DNA of 64,000 nt from Planctomycetota bacterium (GTDB taxonomy: Bacteria > Planctomycetota > B15-G4 > JADJEK01), in assembly GCA_044225365.1 (NCBI GenBank), contig JBGAIQ010000002.1:128001-192000 (forward strand), in the 5' to 3' direction. This document shows, piece by piece, positions 20,838 to 30,802 of this stretch; position 1 is the first letter of the stretch; each line of letters starts with the position of its first letter. The position numbers and the translations under genes are program-made. The notes under the pieces were generated by a model. That model ran no database searches and was not told the origin of the DNA. It worked only from the letters and a program-made list of their open reading frames with translations.

Positions 20838-21661
20838 GGATCGCGATCTCCGCGATCGCGTGGCGTCCGGACGAAGACGTCGCGGTCCGCGATCTGCTCG
20901 TCTCGAAGGGCGTCGATGCGATCGAGGCCGCCCCCTCGAAGATCGGTGTGAAACCGACCGAACTCACGACGGAGCAACTGCACCGCTACCGAGACTTCTG
21001 GCTGGAGAAGGGCGTCGAGATCGTTGCGATGCAGGCCCTCCTGTTCGGTCGCGGCGAACTCCTGTTGTTCGGTGACGACGCGCCGCGCGAAGAACTCTTC
21101 ACCTACCTCTCCAAGATCGTGCGGCTCGGCGGAACCCTCGGCGCGAAGGCGCTCGTGTTCGGGTCGCCCGGCAATCGCAAGCGCGGCGCGGTCTCCGACG
21201 AACGCGCCCTCGAGATCGCGATTCCGTTCTTTCGCCGCGTGGGCGACGTCGCCGTTGCCACGAACACCTGCCTCTGCATCGAGCCGAATCCGCCCGAGTA
21301 CGGATGCGACTGGATCACGAGCGTCGCGCAGGCGCGCGAGCTCGTCGATCGCGTCGGGCATGCGGGATTCGGGCTGCACCTCGACGCCGCCGCGATCGAG
21401 ATGGCACACGAGGACGAATCCGCGATCCTCGGCAATCGCGGTAGGATCCGCCATTTCCACGCCAGTGAACCGCAGCTCGCGCCGGTGCGCGCGGGAACCG
21501 CGATTCCGCACGCCCGCTACGCCGCGGCATTGAGAAGCGTGGGGGACGTCCGGGTCGTATCGATCGAGATGCGTCAGGTCGAGGCGACGGGGAGCAATCT
21601 CGCATCCCTCGCGACGGCGATCGATTTCGTCAAGGCGACCTACGGCGGCGTTCGGGACTGA
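20834..21661 (+). CDS. Sugar phosphate isomerase/epimerase (xylose-isomerase-like TIM barrel)
   Basis: LVFGSPGNR, CIEPNPPEYGCD, LHLD, HFHASEP, SIEM metal-binding pattern. Confidence 0.85.
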   Translation: MRIAISAIAWRPDEDVAVRDLLVSKGVDAIEAAPSKIGVKPTELTTEQLHRYRDFWLEKGVEIVAMQALLFGRGELLLFGDDAPREELFTYLSKIVRLGGTLGAKALVFGSPGNRKRGAVSDERALEIAIPFFRRVGDVAVATNTCLCIEPNPPEYGCDWITSVAQARELVDRVGHAGFGLHLDAAAIEMAHEDESAILGNRGRIRHFHASEPQLAPVRAGTAIPHARYAAALRSVGDVRVVSIEMRQVEATGSNLASLATAIDFVKATYGGVRD

Positions 21662-21722
21662 ACCTGTCCGATTGCCGTCGCAACGATTTTCGGGCACACT
21701 CGATCGTCGATCGGAGTCCCGC

Positions 21723-23657
21723 ATGCTCTGGCACACGCAAAGGCGCGTGGGCTTTCTCGCGCTCCTCTGCGCGATGCCCCTTGGCCCTCTTCTCGCTCAG
21801 GTTTCCGAACCGCATCCGGTGCGGGCGCCGTTCGTCCTCGAAACGACGTCGATCGCCGACGAGCAATACGTCGTCGCGAGTGCGTCGGAGACGTCGATCG
21901 TCGCCTACCGCGAGGCATTCCTCTCGAGCCGCATCCTCGCGAAGCGCTCCGACGGGCGAGGCCTGCCCACGACGTGGATCGGCGCGGAGGTCGTGAGCAG
22001 CAATGACACGACGCCGCGCGAACTGCATCGGGACTCGCTGCATGTCGTCGGTGATCTCGGCTTCTGCGTGTGGCTCGAGGACGAAGGCTCGGACGATCAC
22101 ACGCGCCTGCATTCCAACCGACTCATCGCGTCGTCGTGGCAGACGCCGACGCGGGTCAACGATTCGCTCGTACCGCAGAACCACGACATCGTCGATTTCG
22201 CTTGCGCCGCGCGCACCGGGCCGAACGGCAAGGTCTACGTCGCGATCGTCTTCACCACGGCCGACATCGTGACGGGCGCGGAGGCGATGTTCGGAGTGAT
22301 CTCGGCGGACAACGGGCAGACCTTCAATGCGCCGTTCCCGCTCGCCAGCGCGGGCGCGATACCGGGAGGCAACGCCAAGCGCGTCGGCGGCCTCGCGGTC
22401 GATCTGAAGGGTGGCGAACTACACGTGGCGTGGACCGACGATCGCAACGACGTGGGACATCGCGTCGAGGTCTTCTATCGCCGCGCGCTGCTCGACTACT
22501 TCGGCAATCCGATCTTCCTCGCGCCGCTCGGCACCGGATTCACCGACGTGAAGATCAGCGCGGTCGACGACGTCGTCGGGGATCCGATCCTCGCCGTCGA
22601 CGACGATCCCTATTCGCTCGATGGATTCGGCAAGCACGTGGGAATCGCGTGGCGCGAACTCGACAAGGGCGTGGGCCTTCCGACGCTGAGGTTGCGCGCA
22701 TCGCACGATTCGGGAACGAACTTCCTCCCCGAGCACGTCGTCGCGCACACTTCGACGGCGGGCGACGCGGTGGCCGACTTCGACTTCGAGATCCTCGGCG
22801 GCCGCTACGTCGTCACGTTCGAGGACAATGCGGTCGACGTCGGTGGATTCAACGTCTTCGTGTTTCCCGTCGGCGTCGAGCAGGTCTGGCGCGCGATCTC
22901 GGAGGACGGCACCGATTTCTCGAGCGCGGGAGAGGGGATCGTGACGATGGTCTCCGCGTTCAGCGAGCCGACGGCCCACGGCAAGAGCCCGTCGCTCGCG
23001 CGCGCGGCCGGCGTCGTCGATGCGGGGATCCTCGCGTTCCTCGAGGAGGGCTCACAAGGAGCCGAGGTTCGCACCGCGTTCAGCGATCAACTGGACGGCG
23101 GCGCGTTCCACATCGACGACGAGCCCGTGGTCTCGAAGGCTCAGAGCGGCGCGATCCCGCGCGAACTGAAGCGCCCGCGCGTGGCGTACAACCCGCGTTA
23201 CTCGAACTACCTGGTCGCGTGGCAGCAGGAGGTCACTCCCGACAGCGGGATCTTCCAGTTGATGCTCGGCGGCTACCGGCCACAGACGGCGCTCGCGGTG
23301 GGTTGGAACGTCGGCTCCACGGAACTGCATTTCGAGCTGCACCACGTGCCGTTCAACGACTCGTTCGCCTTCGTGTTGATCTCGGGGGCGACGACCGAGA
23401 ATCCCGCGCTCGGCTTCTTCCTGCCCGACGGCCGCCGTACGGGCTTGATGCAGGACATCTTTCAGCAGGTCGGCCTCTCGAACTTCGTGTTGTTCCTGGC
23501 GCGGAACGATCCGGTGATCGAGGGCGCAGCGACGTTGTCGATTCCCTTGCCTCCAGGCTTCGTAACGCCCGGGATTCCATTATCCTATTGTGGAGTCACC
23601 TGGGGGATCGGCGGTGCTCTGCACGTGGTGACCGATTTCGTGAAGGCACAGTCCTAG
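21723..23657 (+). CDS. Exported protein with BNR/Asp-box-like repeats (sialidase-like propeller)
   Basis: Signal peptide; SADNGQTF, SHDSGTNF, SEDGTDF motifs. Confidence 0.65.
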   Translation: MLWHTQRRVGFLALLCAMPLGPLLAQVSEPHPVRAPFVLETTSIADEQYVVASASETSIVAYREAFLSSRILAKRSDGRGLPTTWIGAEVVSSNDTTPRELHRDSLHVVGDLGFCVWLEDEGSDDHTRLHSNRLIASSWQTPTRVNDSLVPQNHDIVDFACAARTGPNGKVYVAIVFTTADIVTGAEAMFGVISADNGQTFNAPFPLASAGAIPGGNAKRVGGLAVDLKGGELHVAWTDDRNDVGHRVEVFYRRALLDYFGNPIFLAPLGTGFTDVKISAVDDVVGDPILAVDDDPYSLDGFGKHVGIAWRELDKGVGLPTLRLRASHDSGTNFLPEHVVAHTSTAGDAVADFDFEILGGRYVVTFEDNAVDVGGFNVFVFPVGVEQVWRAISEDGTDFSSAGEGIVTMVSAFSEPTAHGKSPSLARAAGVVDAGILAFLEEGSQGAEVRTAFSDQLDGGAFHIDDEPVVSKAQSGAIPRELKRPRVAYNPRYSNYLVAWQQEVTPDSGIFQLMLGGYRPQTALAVGWNVGSTELHFELHHVPFNDSFAFVLISGATTENPALGFFLPDGRRTGLMQDIFQQVGLSNFVLFLARNDPVIEGAATLSIPLPPGFVTPGIPLSYCGVTWGIGGALHVVTDFVKAQS

Positions 23658-23724
23658 CGGGCTGCGCCAAGTCCGATCGAGGATCCGTTCCACGACCTGC
23701 CGGTGGTGGAACGAGAGGAGATGA

Positions 23725-26379
23725 ATGGTGTTGACGCCGAATCGAACGAGTCGCGAACTCCGTTCTCCGCGCATCGTCGTCGCAATGGTCGCGATGACGA
23801 TGGCCATGAGCGCTACGGCCTTCGCGCAGTCGACGCAATATCCCACATGGCGAATCGCGGGCATTGTGCCCGGCGGGCGCTTCGGCTACGCGGTCGCGAA
23901 CGTCGGGGATCTCGACGGCGACCTCGTCGACGACCTGCTCGTGGGTGCGCCGACGGGCGCGACCGAGAGTCCGGACTCTCCGCCCGCGCCGATCGCGCCC
24001 GGCAATGCCGTCGTCCTCTCCGGCAAGACGGGCGCGACGATCTTCACCTTGCAGGGCGCGGGCGTCGGGGGGGATCTGTTCGGCTACGCGGTCGCCAATC
24101 TCGGCGATACGAATCTCGATGGCGTGAACGACTTCGGAGTCGGCGCGGCCCGCCAGAGTTCACAGTTCAATCCGGCGGCCGGCAGCCTCAGCGTCTACTC
24201 GGGTGCGACCGGGGCGCTGCGCTACCGCATCTTCGGCGATGGACCGAACGACTACTTCGGCACCGCGGTCGCAGGACTCGGCGACATCAATCTCGACGGG
24301 ATCGTCGACTTCGTCGTAGGCGCTCCGTTCGCCGATCCGAATCAGAAGGTGAACAGCGGCCGGATCAAGGTCTGTGTCGGTTCGACGGGCGGCACGTTGA
24401 AGACCGTGAATGGCCAATTCGCGGGCGACCTGTTCGGCACCGCGATCGCGGCAACCTCGGACTTCACGAACGATTTGAACGACGACTTCGTGGTGGGTGC
24501 GCCACTCGCGATGGATCTCGCCTCGAGTCAGCGGCTCGGTCGCGTCTCGTTCTATGAGGGTGGTGGCACGTTCTTCGCCAAGGTGAACGGGCTGTCCCAG
24601 GGCGATCGCTTCGGCCGCTCGGTGAGTTCGATCCCGGACTTCGATGGCGACGGCAAGAACGACGTCGTGGTCGGCGCGATCGGCGCCGATGGCGCGGTCG
24701 TCGATACTGGAGCGGTGACGATCGTCTCGACGAAGCAGCTCACGCCGGTGCTCTTCACGAAGTTCGGTGCGCAGTCGAACGCGTCGTACGGCATCGCCCA
24801 GCGCGGCGTCGCGGATCTCAATCAGGACAACGTGCCCGACCTCCTCGTCACGGACGTCACGGGTCGCCTGCAGATCGTCTCGGGTACCGGCACGCAACTC
24901 GGCGTTCTCACCGGGCCGGGCGGATTCGGGCGGTCGATCACGATCGGCGGCGATGCGAGCGGAGACGGCGTGGCGGATCTCGTCCTCGGCTCGCCGACGG
25001 CGAGCAGCGGCGGAATCGACCAGGCGGGCACGCTCGAGTCGATTCCGGGTCCGACGTTGATCGGTTCCGCCGCGATCGACGACGCGTCCCCGCTGAACTT
25101 CTCGATCGCGCTCGGGACGTCGGTTGCTCCCGTGGTGCGCAAGCTGATCGACACGGGTTTCTCCGCAGTCGACTTCGATGTCGTCGTTCCGCAGAACGCG
25201 CCCTGGCTCGTCGTGAATCCCAAGAGCGGTGCGCTGTCGGGATTCGCTGATACGGCGAATCTGACCTTCGCGCTCGACCTCGGCAAACTCCCGTACGCGA
25301 CGACGAACACGACGGTGAACATCGTCAATCACGTCTCGGGCAAGACGATGGTCAGCCTGCTCGTGAACGTCGCGCCCACCTCGGCCGGCGCGAACTCGAA
25401 GGTGGACGCATCGCCCGCGAGCCTCTATGCGGTGGCTCCGTTCTCCGCAGCACCACCCGCGCCCGCGGTGATCGAGGTGTCGAATGCCGGCAATCCCGCA
25501 TTGCTCCTCGCGGGGACGGTCCACATCGAACCGCCGAGCGCCACGTGGCTCGTTCCACAGACGACGGCGTTCGAGATCGCCGCGAACGAGGATTCCGAAT
25601 TCATCGAGGTCGACTACGCCACGTCGGGCCTCGCGCCGGGCACGTATCAGGCGAGCGTCGTCGTCGCGAATGCGTTCGACTCCAACGATGCGGTGTCGAT
25701 CCCCGTGACGGTGGTGGTGGGGGCGTCTCTCTTCGTGCCGGGCGATCGCCTGAAGGGCACGCTCGCCGACGCATCGGATCGCGATGAAGCGGTCTTCCTC
25801 GGCTTTGCGGGTCTCGCCGTCGAGTTCATCGGCGGACCGAAGAACTCGGGTGCAGCACCGCATCTCTCGCTCATCGATCCCGATGGACTCACGGTCGATG
25901 CCTGGTCGCCCGCGAATTCGAAGGCGAAGAAGGGCTTCCTGCTCGCGAAGTCGGGCCCATTCACGCTTCGCGTCGAATCGGAGAATGGGAGCGTCGGCGC
26001 CTTCGACATCAAGACCAAGCGCGACGGATTGCCGGCGAGCGCGAAGAGCTTCAAGAAGACGGTGACGGTCGATTCGTCGCAGCCACTCGATCTTCCGCTC
26101 GCCGCGCTTCCGAACTGTGAACTGACCGCGAAGATCACGTCGACGACGCTGCCGATCGGGCAACTCGCGTTCGCGTTGAAGGCGCCGAGCGGGGCATCGT
26201 TCGACGTCACGCAATACGACGCGCTCGGAACCAAGTCGTATTCGCTCGTGAAAGTGCCCCTAGCTGTCGCGGGAACCTGGCACGTCGTCGTGAACGGCCT
26301 GGCCCCTGGGGCCAAGCTGAAGCTCGACTTCGGTCTGAAACAGCCGAAGGTCGGGAAATCGACGCTCACCATCGACTGA
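23725..26379 (+). CDS. Exported FG-GAP (integrin-alpha-like) repeat protein with Ig-like/BACON-like C-terminal domains
   Basis: About seven FGxAVA..GDLDGDxxxDLxVGAP repeats; PWLVVNP and GLAPGTYQASVVV motifs. Confidence 0.85.
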   Translation: MVLTPNRTSRELRSPRIVVAMVAMTMAMSATAFAQSTQYPTWRIAGIVPGGRFGYAVANVGDLDGDLVDDLLVGAPTGATESPDSPPAPIAPGNAVVLSGKTGATIFTLQGAGVGGDLFGYAVANLGDTNLDGVNDFGVGAARQSSQFNPAAGSLSVYSGATGALRYRIFGDGPNDYFGTAVAGLGDINLDGIVDFVVGAPFADPNQKVNSGRIKVCVGSTGGTLKTVNGQFAGDLFGTAIAATSDFTNDLNDDFVVGAPLAMDLASSQRLGRVSFYEGGGTFFAKVNGLSQGDRFGRSVSSIPDFDGDGKNDVVVGAIGADGAVVDTGAVTIVSTKQLTPVLFTKFGAQSNASYGIAQRGVADLNQDNVPDLLVTDVTGRLQIVSGTGTQLGVLTGPGGFGRSITIGGDASGDGVADLVLGSPTASSGGIDQAGTLESIPGPTLIGSAAIDDASPLNFSIALGTSVAPVVRKLIDTGFSAVDFDVVVPQNAPWLVVNPKSGALSGFADTANLTFALDLGKLPYATTNTTVNIVNHVSGKTMVSLLVNVAPTSAGANSKVDASPASLYAVAPFSAAPPAPAVIEVSNAGNPALLLAGTVHIEPPSATWLVPQTTAFEIAANEDSEFIEVDYATSGLAPGTYQASVVVANAFDSNDAVSIPVTVVVGASLFVPGDRLKGTLADASDRDEAVFLGFAGLAVEFIGGPKNSGAAPHLSLIDPDGLTVDAWSPANSKAKKGFLLAKSGPFTLRVESENGSVGAFDIKTKRDGLPASAKSFKKTVTVDSSQPLDLPLAALPNCELTAKITSTTLPIGQLAFALKAPSGASFDVTQYDALGTKSYSLVKVPLAVAGTWHVVVNGLAPGAKLKLDFGLKQPKVGKSTLTID

Positions 26380-26551
26380 TCGTTCGGACGCCGCGCGAAA
26401 CGAAATCCCGGCGTTGGCGGATACAACGTTCGTCATCGCCGCTAAGGTGAAGCAACGCCCCGTCCCGACCTGCGCGGGCGCGTCCTCTCCCCGCCGCATC
26501 GACGCATGCGCCCTCACGCATCGTCGGGGCGCACAGTCCATCGCCGCCGCC

Positions 26552-27790
26552 ATGATCCTGCAGCTCCTGAAGCCGCTTTTCGGACTCTTCGTTGCCGCGA
26601 CGCCGAGCCTTGCGCCGAATCATCTGCTCGTGACTTCGTTCACGAGCGGAAGCCTGCTCGACATCGCTCCCGGAAACACCATCTCCGGTTCGTTCGATCT
26701 CGCCGCGCTCGGAATCGCGCCGATGGGCGTCGCTGTCGGCCCGAACGGCAAGGTCTACGTCTCGGACAACAACGGCAATCGCGTGGTCGTACTCGACGCG
26801 AGCGGCGCGATCGTCTCCGAGATCGGCGCCGGCTCGGGTCTCGTCACTCCCCGCGGTCTCGCGTTCGGACCCGATGGCGAGTTGTACGTCAGCACTGCCG
26901 CGGGGATCCCGCTCTACGTGTTCAACGCGGCGGGCGAGAAGGTCGCGGAGTACGGGAAGTCCGAAGGCGTGCTGCGAGCCGAGGGACTCGAGGTGGGCAT
27001 CGATGGCCACATCTTCGTCGCGTCGCAGCGCGATGACGACATCTACGAGTTCGACAGTTCGGGAGTGCTCGTTCGTCAGATCGGCAAGGACGCGGGCCTC
27101 GACGATCCGATCGGGATCGCCTTTGGCCGCGACGGGCTGATGTACGTGGCGTCCGAGAATCACAACGAGATCGTGGTGTTCGGACCGAGCGGCGATGTGG
27201 TGGGGAGCTTCGGTAAGGCCGAAGGAGTGGAGATGCCGATCGGACTCACGATCGGCCCCGACAATCGCGTGTACGTCGCGTGTTTCGACCAGAATCTGGT
27301 TCACGTCTTCGACGTGAACGGCGCGGTCGCGACGAGTCACACGACGATCGTGGTTCCCGGCAATCCGGCGTTCCTCGCATTCGTACCGTTCCGACTTCCC
27401 ATCGAGCTCGACGGCGATCTCGCGTTCACGGGAGCGTTCGAGAAGCACCACATCGAAACGGCGACGCTCGTCTACTCGCCGGGCGTCGGCCCGGCTTCGA
27501 TCGTATTGAAGGACGTCGATACCTCGACGGATCTCGCCACCACGTTCAGCGCGATTCAGCTCGTCTTCCACGGTCAGCACGCGTCGGTCGATGCGACGAC
27601 GACGAAGCGTCTCTTCATGGGCACGCAGATTCCTCGCCTCGCGATGAATCGGGGCGCGGCCTCGCTCTCCCTGCGCGTGACGACGCAGCAAGGGGACTTC
27701 GGTTTCCCGACCGTGAAGAAGGTCGAAGGCACGCTCGAGCGCGCGCGCGCCGGGACGATCTTCCGGGGCGATATCCGGCTCAAGGGATGA
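26552..27790 (+). CDS. Exported NHL-repeat beta-propeller protein
   Basis: Repeats PMGVAVGPNGKVYVSD, PRGLAFGPDGELYV, PIGIAFGRDGLMYVA, PIGLTIGPDNRVYVA. Confidence 0.85.
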   Translation: MILQLLKPLFGLFVAATPSLAPNHLLVTSFTSGSLLDIAPGNTISGSFDLAALGIAPMGVAVGPNGKVYVSDNNGNRVVVLDASGAIVSEIGAGSGLVTPRGLAFGPDGELYVSTAAGIPLYVFNAAGEKVAEYGKSEGVLRAEGLEVGIDGHIFVASQRDDDIYEFDSSGVLVRQIGKDAGLDDPIGIAFGRDGLMYVASENHNEIVVFGPSGDVVGSFGKAEGVEMPIGLTIGPDNRVYVACFDQNLVHVFDVNGAVATSHTTIVVPGNPAFLAFVPFRLPIELDGDLAFTGAFEKHHIETATLVYSPGVGPASIVLKDVDTSTDLATTFSAIQLVFHGQHASVDATTTKRLFMGTQIPRLAMNRGAASLSLRVTTQQGDFGFPTVKKVEGTLERARAGTIFRGDIRLKG

Positions 27791-27850
27791 GCGCCGTTTC
27801 GGCGTCCCGCGATATCGAAGCCGCGGGCGCCTTGCTACGCTGTCCCGCCG

Positions 27851-28783
27851 ATGATCCTGACCGTCACGCTCAACCCGTGTCTGCATAAGTTCGTCAAGTT
27901 CCGTGGCGCGCTCGAGGGAAGGCTCGTGTTGCGGCCCGTCGAAACGGCCTTTCAGGGCGGGGGCAAGGGCATCAACGCGGCGCGCATCGTGTCGCGATTC
28001 CAAGGCGATGTAACGGCGCTCACGTTTGCGGGCGGCGCCATCGGCGATCTCTTCGAACAGGTCGTCCGGGCCGAGGGAATCCGACTCGAGGTCGTCCGCG
28101 TGCGCCGTCCGATGCGAATGAGCACGATGGTCTTCGGCATCGATTGCGAGCAGTTCCGCGAGTTCCTCGAGGCCGGTTCGCCCGTCGACGACGAGGAATG
28201 CGATCGCATGCGCGAACGCTTCGACGCCCTGGTCGAGAGTGCGTCGATCGTCACATTGAATGGTTCCGTACCCGATCCGCGCCTCGATTCGTTCTTCGCG
28301 GACGCGACACGCAGGGCGACGGCGCTCGGCAAGCGCGTCCTCGTCGATACCTATGGTCTCGCCGCCCCGAGAGCGGCGGGCGCGAAGCCCTTCTTCCTCA
28401 AGGCCAACCTCGACGAGATCCACGACTCGTTCGCGATCGCGGTGAACAGCGATGCCGCGGTCGACGAATTCGCGAAGCGGCAGCTCGCGGCGGGCGTCGA
28501 GAACCTCCTCATTACGAACGGCGAGGAGCCGGCCCGCCTCTACACGAAGTCCGGCGCGTATCGCGTGATCCCGCCGCGCGTGAAGGAGATCAATCCGGTC
28601 GGCAGCGGCGACGCGATGCTCGGTATCCTCGCGCTCGAGCTGGACCGCGGGATGAGCGTTCTCGCGGCCGTGAAGCGCGCGACGGCCGCGGGCTCGGCGA
28701 ATGCCGAGAAACTCGAGATCTGCGCATTCAGTTCGGCTCGTCTCGACGAGCTCGAGCGATCGGTCGAGATCAAGCCCGCGTGA
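27851..28783 (+). CDS. PfkB-family sugar kinase (1-phosphofructokinase/tagatose-6-phosphate kinase-like)
   Basis: MILTVTLNP, GGKGINAAR, KANLDE, NPVGSGDA. Confidence 0.9.
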   Translation: MILTVTLNPCLHKFVKFRGALEGRLVLRPVETAFQGGGKGINAARIVSRFQGDVTALTFAGGAIGDLFEQVVRAEGIRLEVVRVRRPMRMSTMVFGIDCEQFREFLEAGSPVDDEECDRMRERFDALVESASIVTLNGSVPDPRLDSFFADATRRATALGKRVLVDTYGLAAPRAAGAKPFFLKANLDEIHDSFAIAVNSDAAVDEFAKRQLAAGVENLLITNGEEPARLYTKSGAYRVIPPRVKEINPVGSGDAMLGILALELDRGMSVLAAVKRATAAGSANAEKLEICAFSSARLDELERSVEIKPA

Positions 28784-29136
28784 GCCAATCGACGAACGGG
28801 CCGCACGGCGAACCACGTCCGATCGTGAAGCGCGCGGGCGAAGTCGAGGCGCGACCAGCTCGTCGTCCCCTCATGCGATTCCGGAAGCTCCTGTCGGAAG
28901 AAGAGAGCGGGCAGCAGAACTGGATCCTGTCGGAGGCCGAGGAAGGTGCGTTCGTCGAGGATCATCCCGTCGCGCGCAGCGAAGCCTTCTACGTCCTCGA
29001 GGGCGAGATCGACGTCTTCGGTCCCGGTTGGCGCGAGCTCGTTCGCAAGGGTGACTTCATCTACTTCGCGGCCGGTGCATCCCATGGGATGCGGGTGATT
29101 CGCGGTCCGGCGCGATATCTCGTCGTCTTCGCCTGA
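28780..29136 (+). CDS. Cupin domain protein
   Basis: EAFYVLEGEI..GDFIYFAAGASHGMR; GTGA overlap with the kinase stop. Confidence 0.8.
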   Translation: MSQSTNGPHGEPRPIVKRAGEVEARPARRPLMRFRKLLSEEESGQQNWILSEAEEGAFVEDHPVARSEAFYVLEGEIDVFGPGWRELVRKGDFIYFAAGASHGMRVIRGPARYLVVFA

Positions 29137-30657
29137 TCAGGGAAACACCCCTTCGAAGGTCTCGCCCCGGCGATCCTTCGAAGGCAGCGTTCCCGTGATG
29201 CGTTGATAGACCTCGTAGGCGTCGTCGCGGTAACACAGGTTCCACCCCGGAAGGTCCTTCATCTTCGAAGACACCGGGCGTTCGACGGAGACGAGCACGC
29301 AGTCCGCGTGGTGAGCGTCGAGCGAACTCGCGAACCCACCCTCGGCGGCGAAGAACTTCTGATGCTCCTCGACGACATCGGGCGGGTAGGCGACTTCGTA
29401 GCGGGAGTCGAGACTCACTTTGACCTGTGGATGGAGTTTCCACGAGACGTACGACCCGTCGCCGAACGCGGTCCACAGATTGCCCGAGAACCCGTTCTCC
29501 TTCAGGTACTCGACGGGTCCCACCGGGTAGATCTCGTCGGAACGGTCGATCGAGAACGCGGGAACGCGCAATTCCCAGAAGCGGCGCACGACGGCCTGCG
29601 CCAGCATGGGCACGATCACGATCACCGAGAAGTAGGCGATGAGGAATCTGCGGCGCGCGACGATGCGCTCGATCGCATCGCAGAATGGAGTGGCGGAGAG
29701 CCAGGACGGAAGATGCGCGAACGTCGCGACGGCGAACAGCGGTACGAAACGCTGATGCGCCACTGCCTCGGCGAGGAAGAACACGACGATCGGGAGGCCT
29801 GGGAGTCGCGAGAGCCCGCGTTGCGCGATGGCGTAGCCGATCGGCACGAGCGCGATCGCGAAGCTCACGAGAGGCGCCGAGATCTCGCTGTAGAGCGGAT
29901 CCCACTCGGTGATGAGATCGCGAGGCATCGAGAGCGCGCGCCACAAGTACGCGTAGTAGTGAGTTCCCCACGGACCGATCGCGATCAGGGCGAGGAACAT
30001 TGCGGCGACCAGCAGGAGGTGTCGGAACGGCCTTCGGCGCGCGGCGCACTCGAGCGCATGCAGTGCGAGGAGCGGAAAGACGATGACGAAACCGCCGTGG
30101 CAGTTCTGCCACAAGAGTTGGAAGAGCGCGGCCGGCAGGATCCAGCGGCGACCTCCTTCTCGATCGTCGCGCAGGAAGGAGAGGAAGAGTGCGAGACCGA
30201 CGAGGGTGAAGAGATGCGCGCGCACGGTCGCGTAGGCGAACCAAGTGAGTACGACGAAGAGCGGCGAGAGGGCCGCGATCACGTAGGGATGACCGCCGTT
30301 GTGTCGCGCGACTCGCACACCGAGGATGGCGAGCAACGCGACGAGCAGGAACTTCACGAGCACGACCCCGCTGCTGCCGAGGACACCGACCGCGCCGTAC
30401 ACGATCGCGCCGAATCCCCATTCATGATGGACGACGGGGTCGTAGGTCGGTGTGAACGCGAAGGGATCCTTCGTCGGGAACGAGTGAGTCGCGAGGACTT
30501 CGCGCCACAGGGAGAGTTCGTGGAACAGGTCGACGTCGATCGCGCCGCTGCTCGATCCCGCGAAGAGCATCGCGAGGCACGCGACCGCGACGAATCCCAG
30601 CGTGCGGCGATCGAGTGTTCGATCCGGAGCGAACTGGGGATCGACGGGAGCGGTCAT
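29137..30657 (-). CDS. Polytopic membrane protein, putative GT-C-fold glycosyltransferase
   Basis: DVDLFHE first-loop acidic motif, DPFAFT..HHEWG, RAHLFT, WQNCHGGF, ITEWDP, DSRYEVAYP; about ten TM segments; start uncertain (30657-30702). Confidence 0.65.
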   Translation of the reverse strand: MTAPVDPQFAPDRTLDRRTLGFVAVACLAMLFAGSSSGAIDVDLFHELSLWREVLATHSFPTKDPFAFTPTYDPVVHHEWGFGAIVYGAVGVLGSSGVVLVKFLLVALLAILGVRVARHNGGHPYVIAALSPLFVVLTWFAYATVRAHLFTLVGLALFLSFLRDDREGGRRWILPAALFQLLWQNCHGGFVIVFPLLALHALECAARRRPFRHLLLVAAMFLALIAIGPWGTHYYAYLWRALSMPRDLITEWDPLYSEISAPLVSFAIALVPIGYAIAQRGLSRLPGLPIVVFFLAEAVAHQRFVPLFAVATFAHLPSWLSATPFCDAIERIVARRRFLIAYFSVIVIVPMLAQAVVRRFWELRVPAFSIDRSDEIYPVGPVEYLKENGFSGNLWTAFGDGSYVSWKLHPQVKVSLDSRYEVAYPPDVVEEHQKFFAAEGGFASSLDAHHADCVLVSVERPVSSKMKDLPGWNLCYRDDAYEVYQRITGTLPSKDRRGETFEGVFP

Positions 30658-30802
30658 TTCCGATGGCCATGGATCCGGCATCGCAACGCATTCTGATCGC
30701 ACGAGATCTCGAATGCGAGATCTCCGTGGAGTCGAACTCGATCGGGCTTCTTCCCGCGCCGAGGATTCGGCATGATTCGCGCATTCGATTCGGAGGCGTC
30801 CC

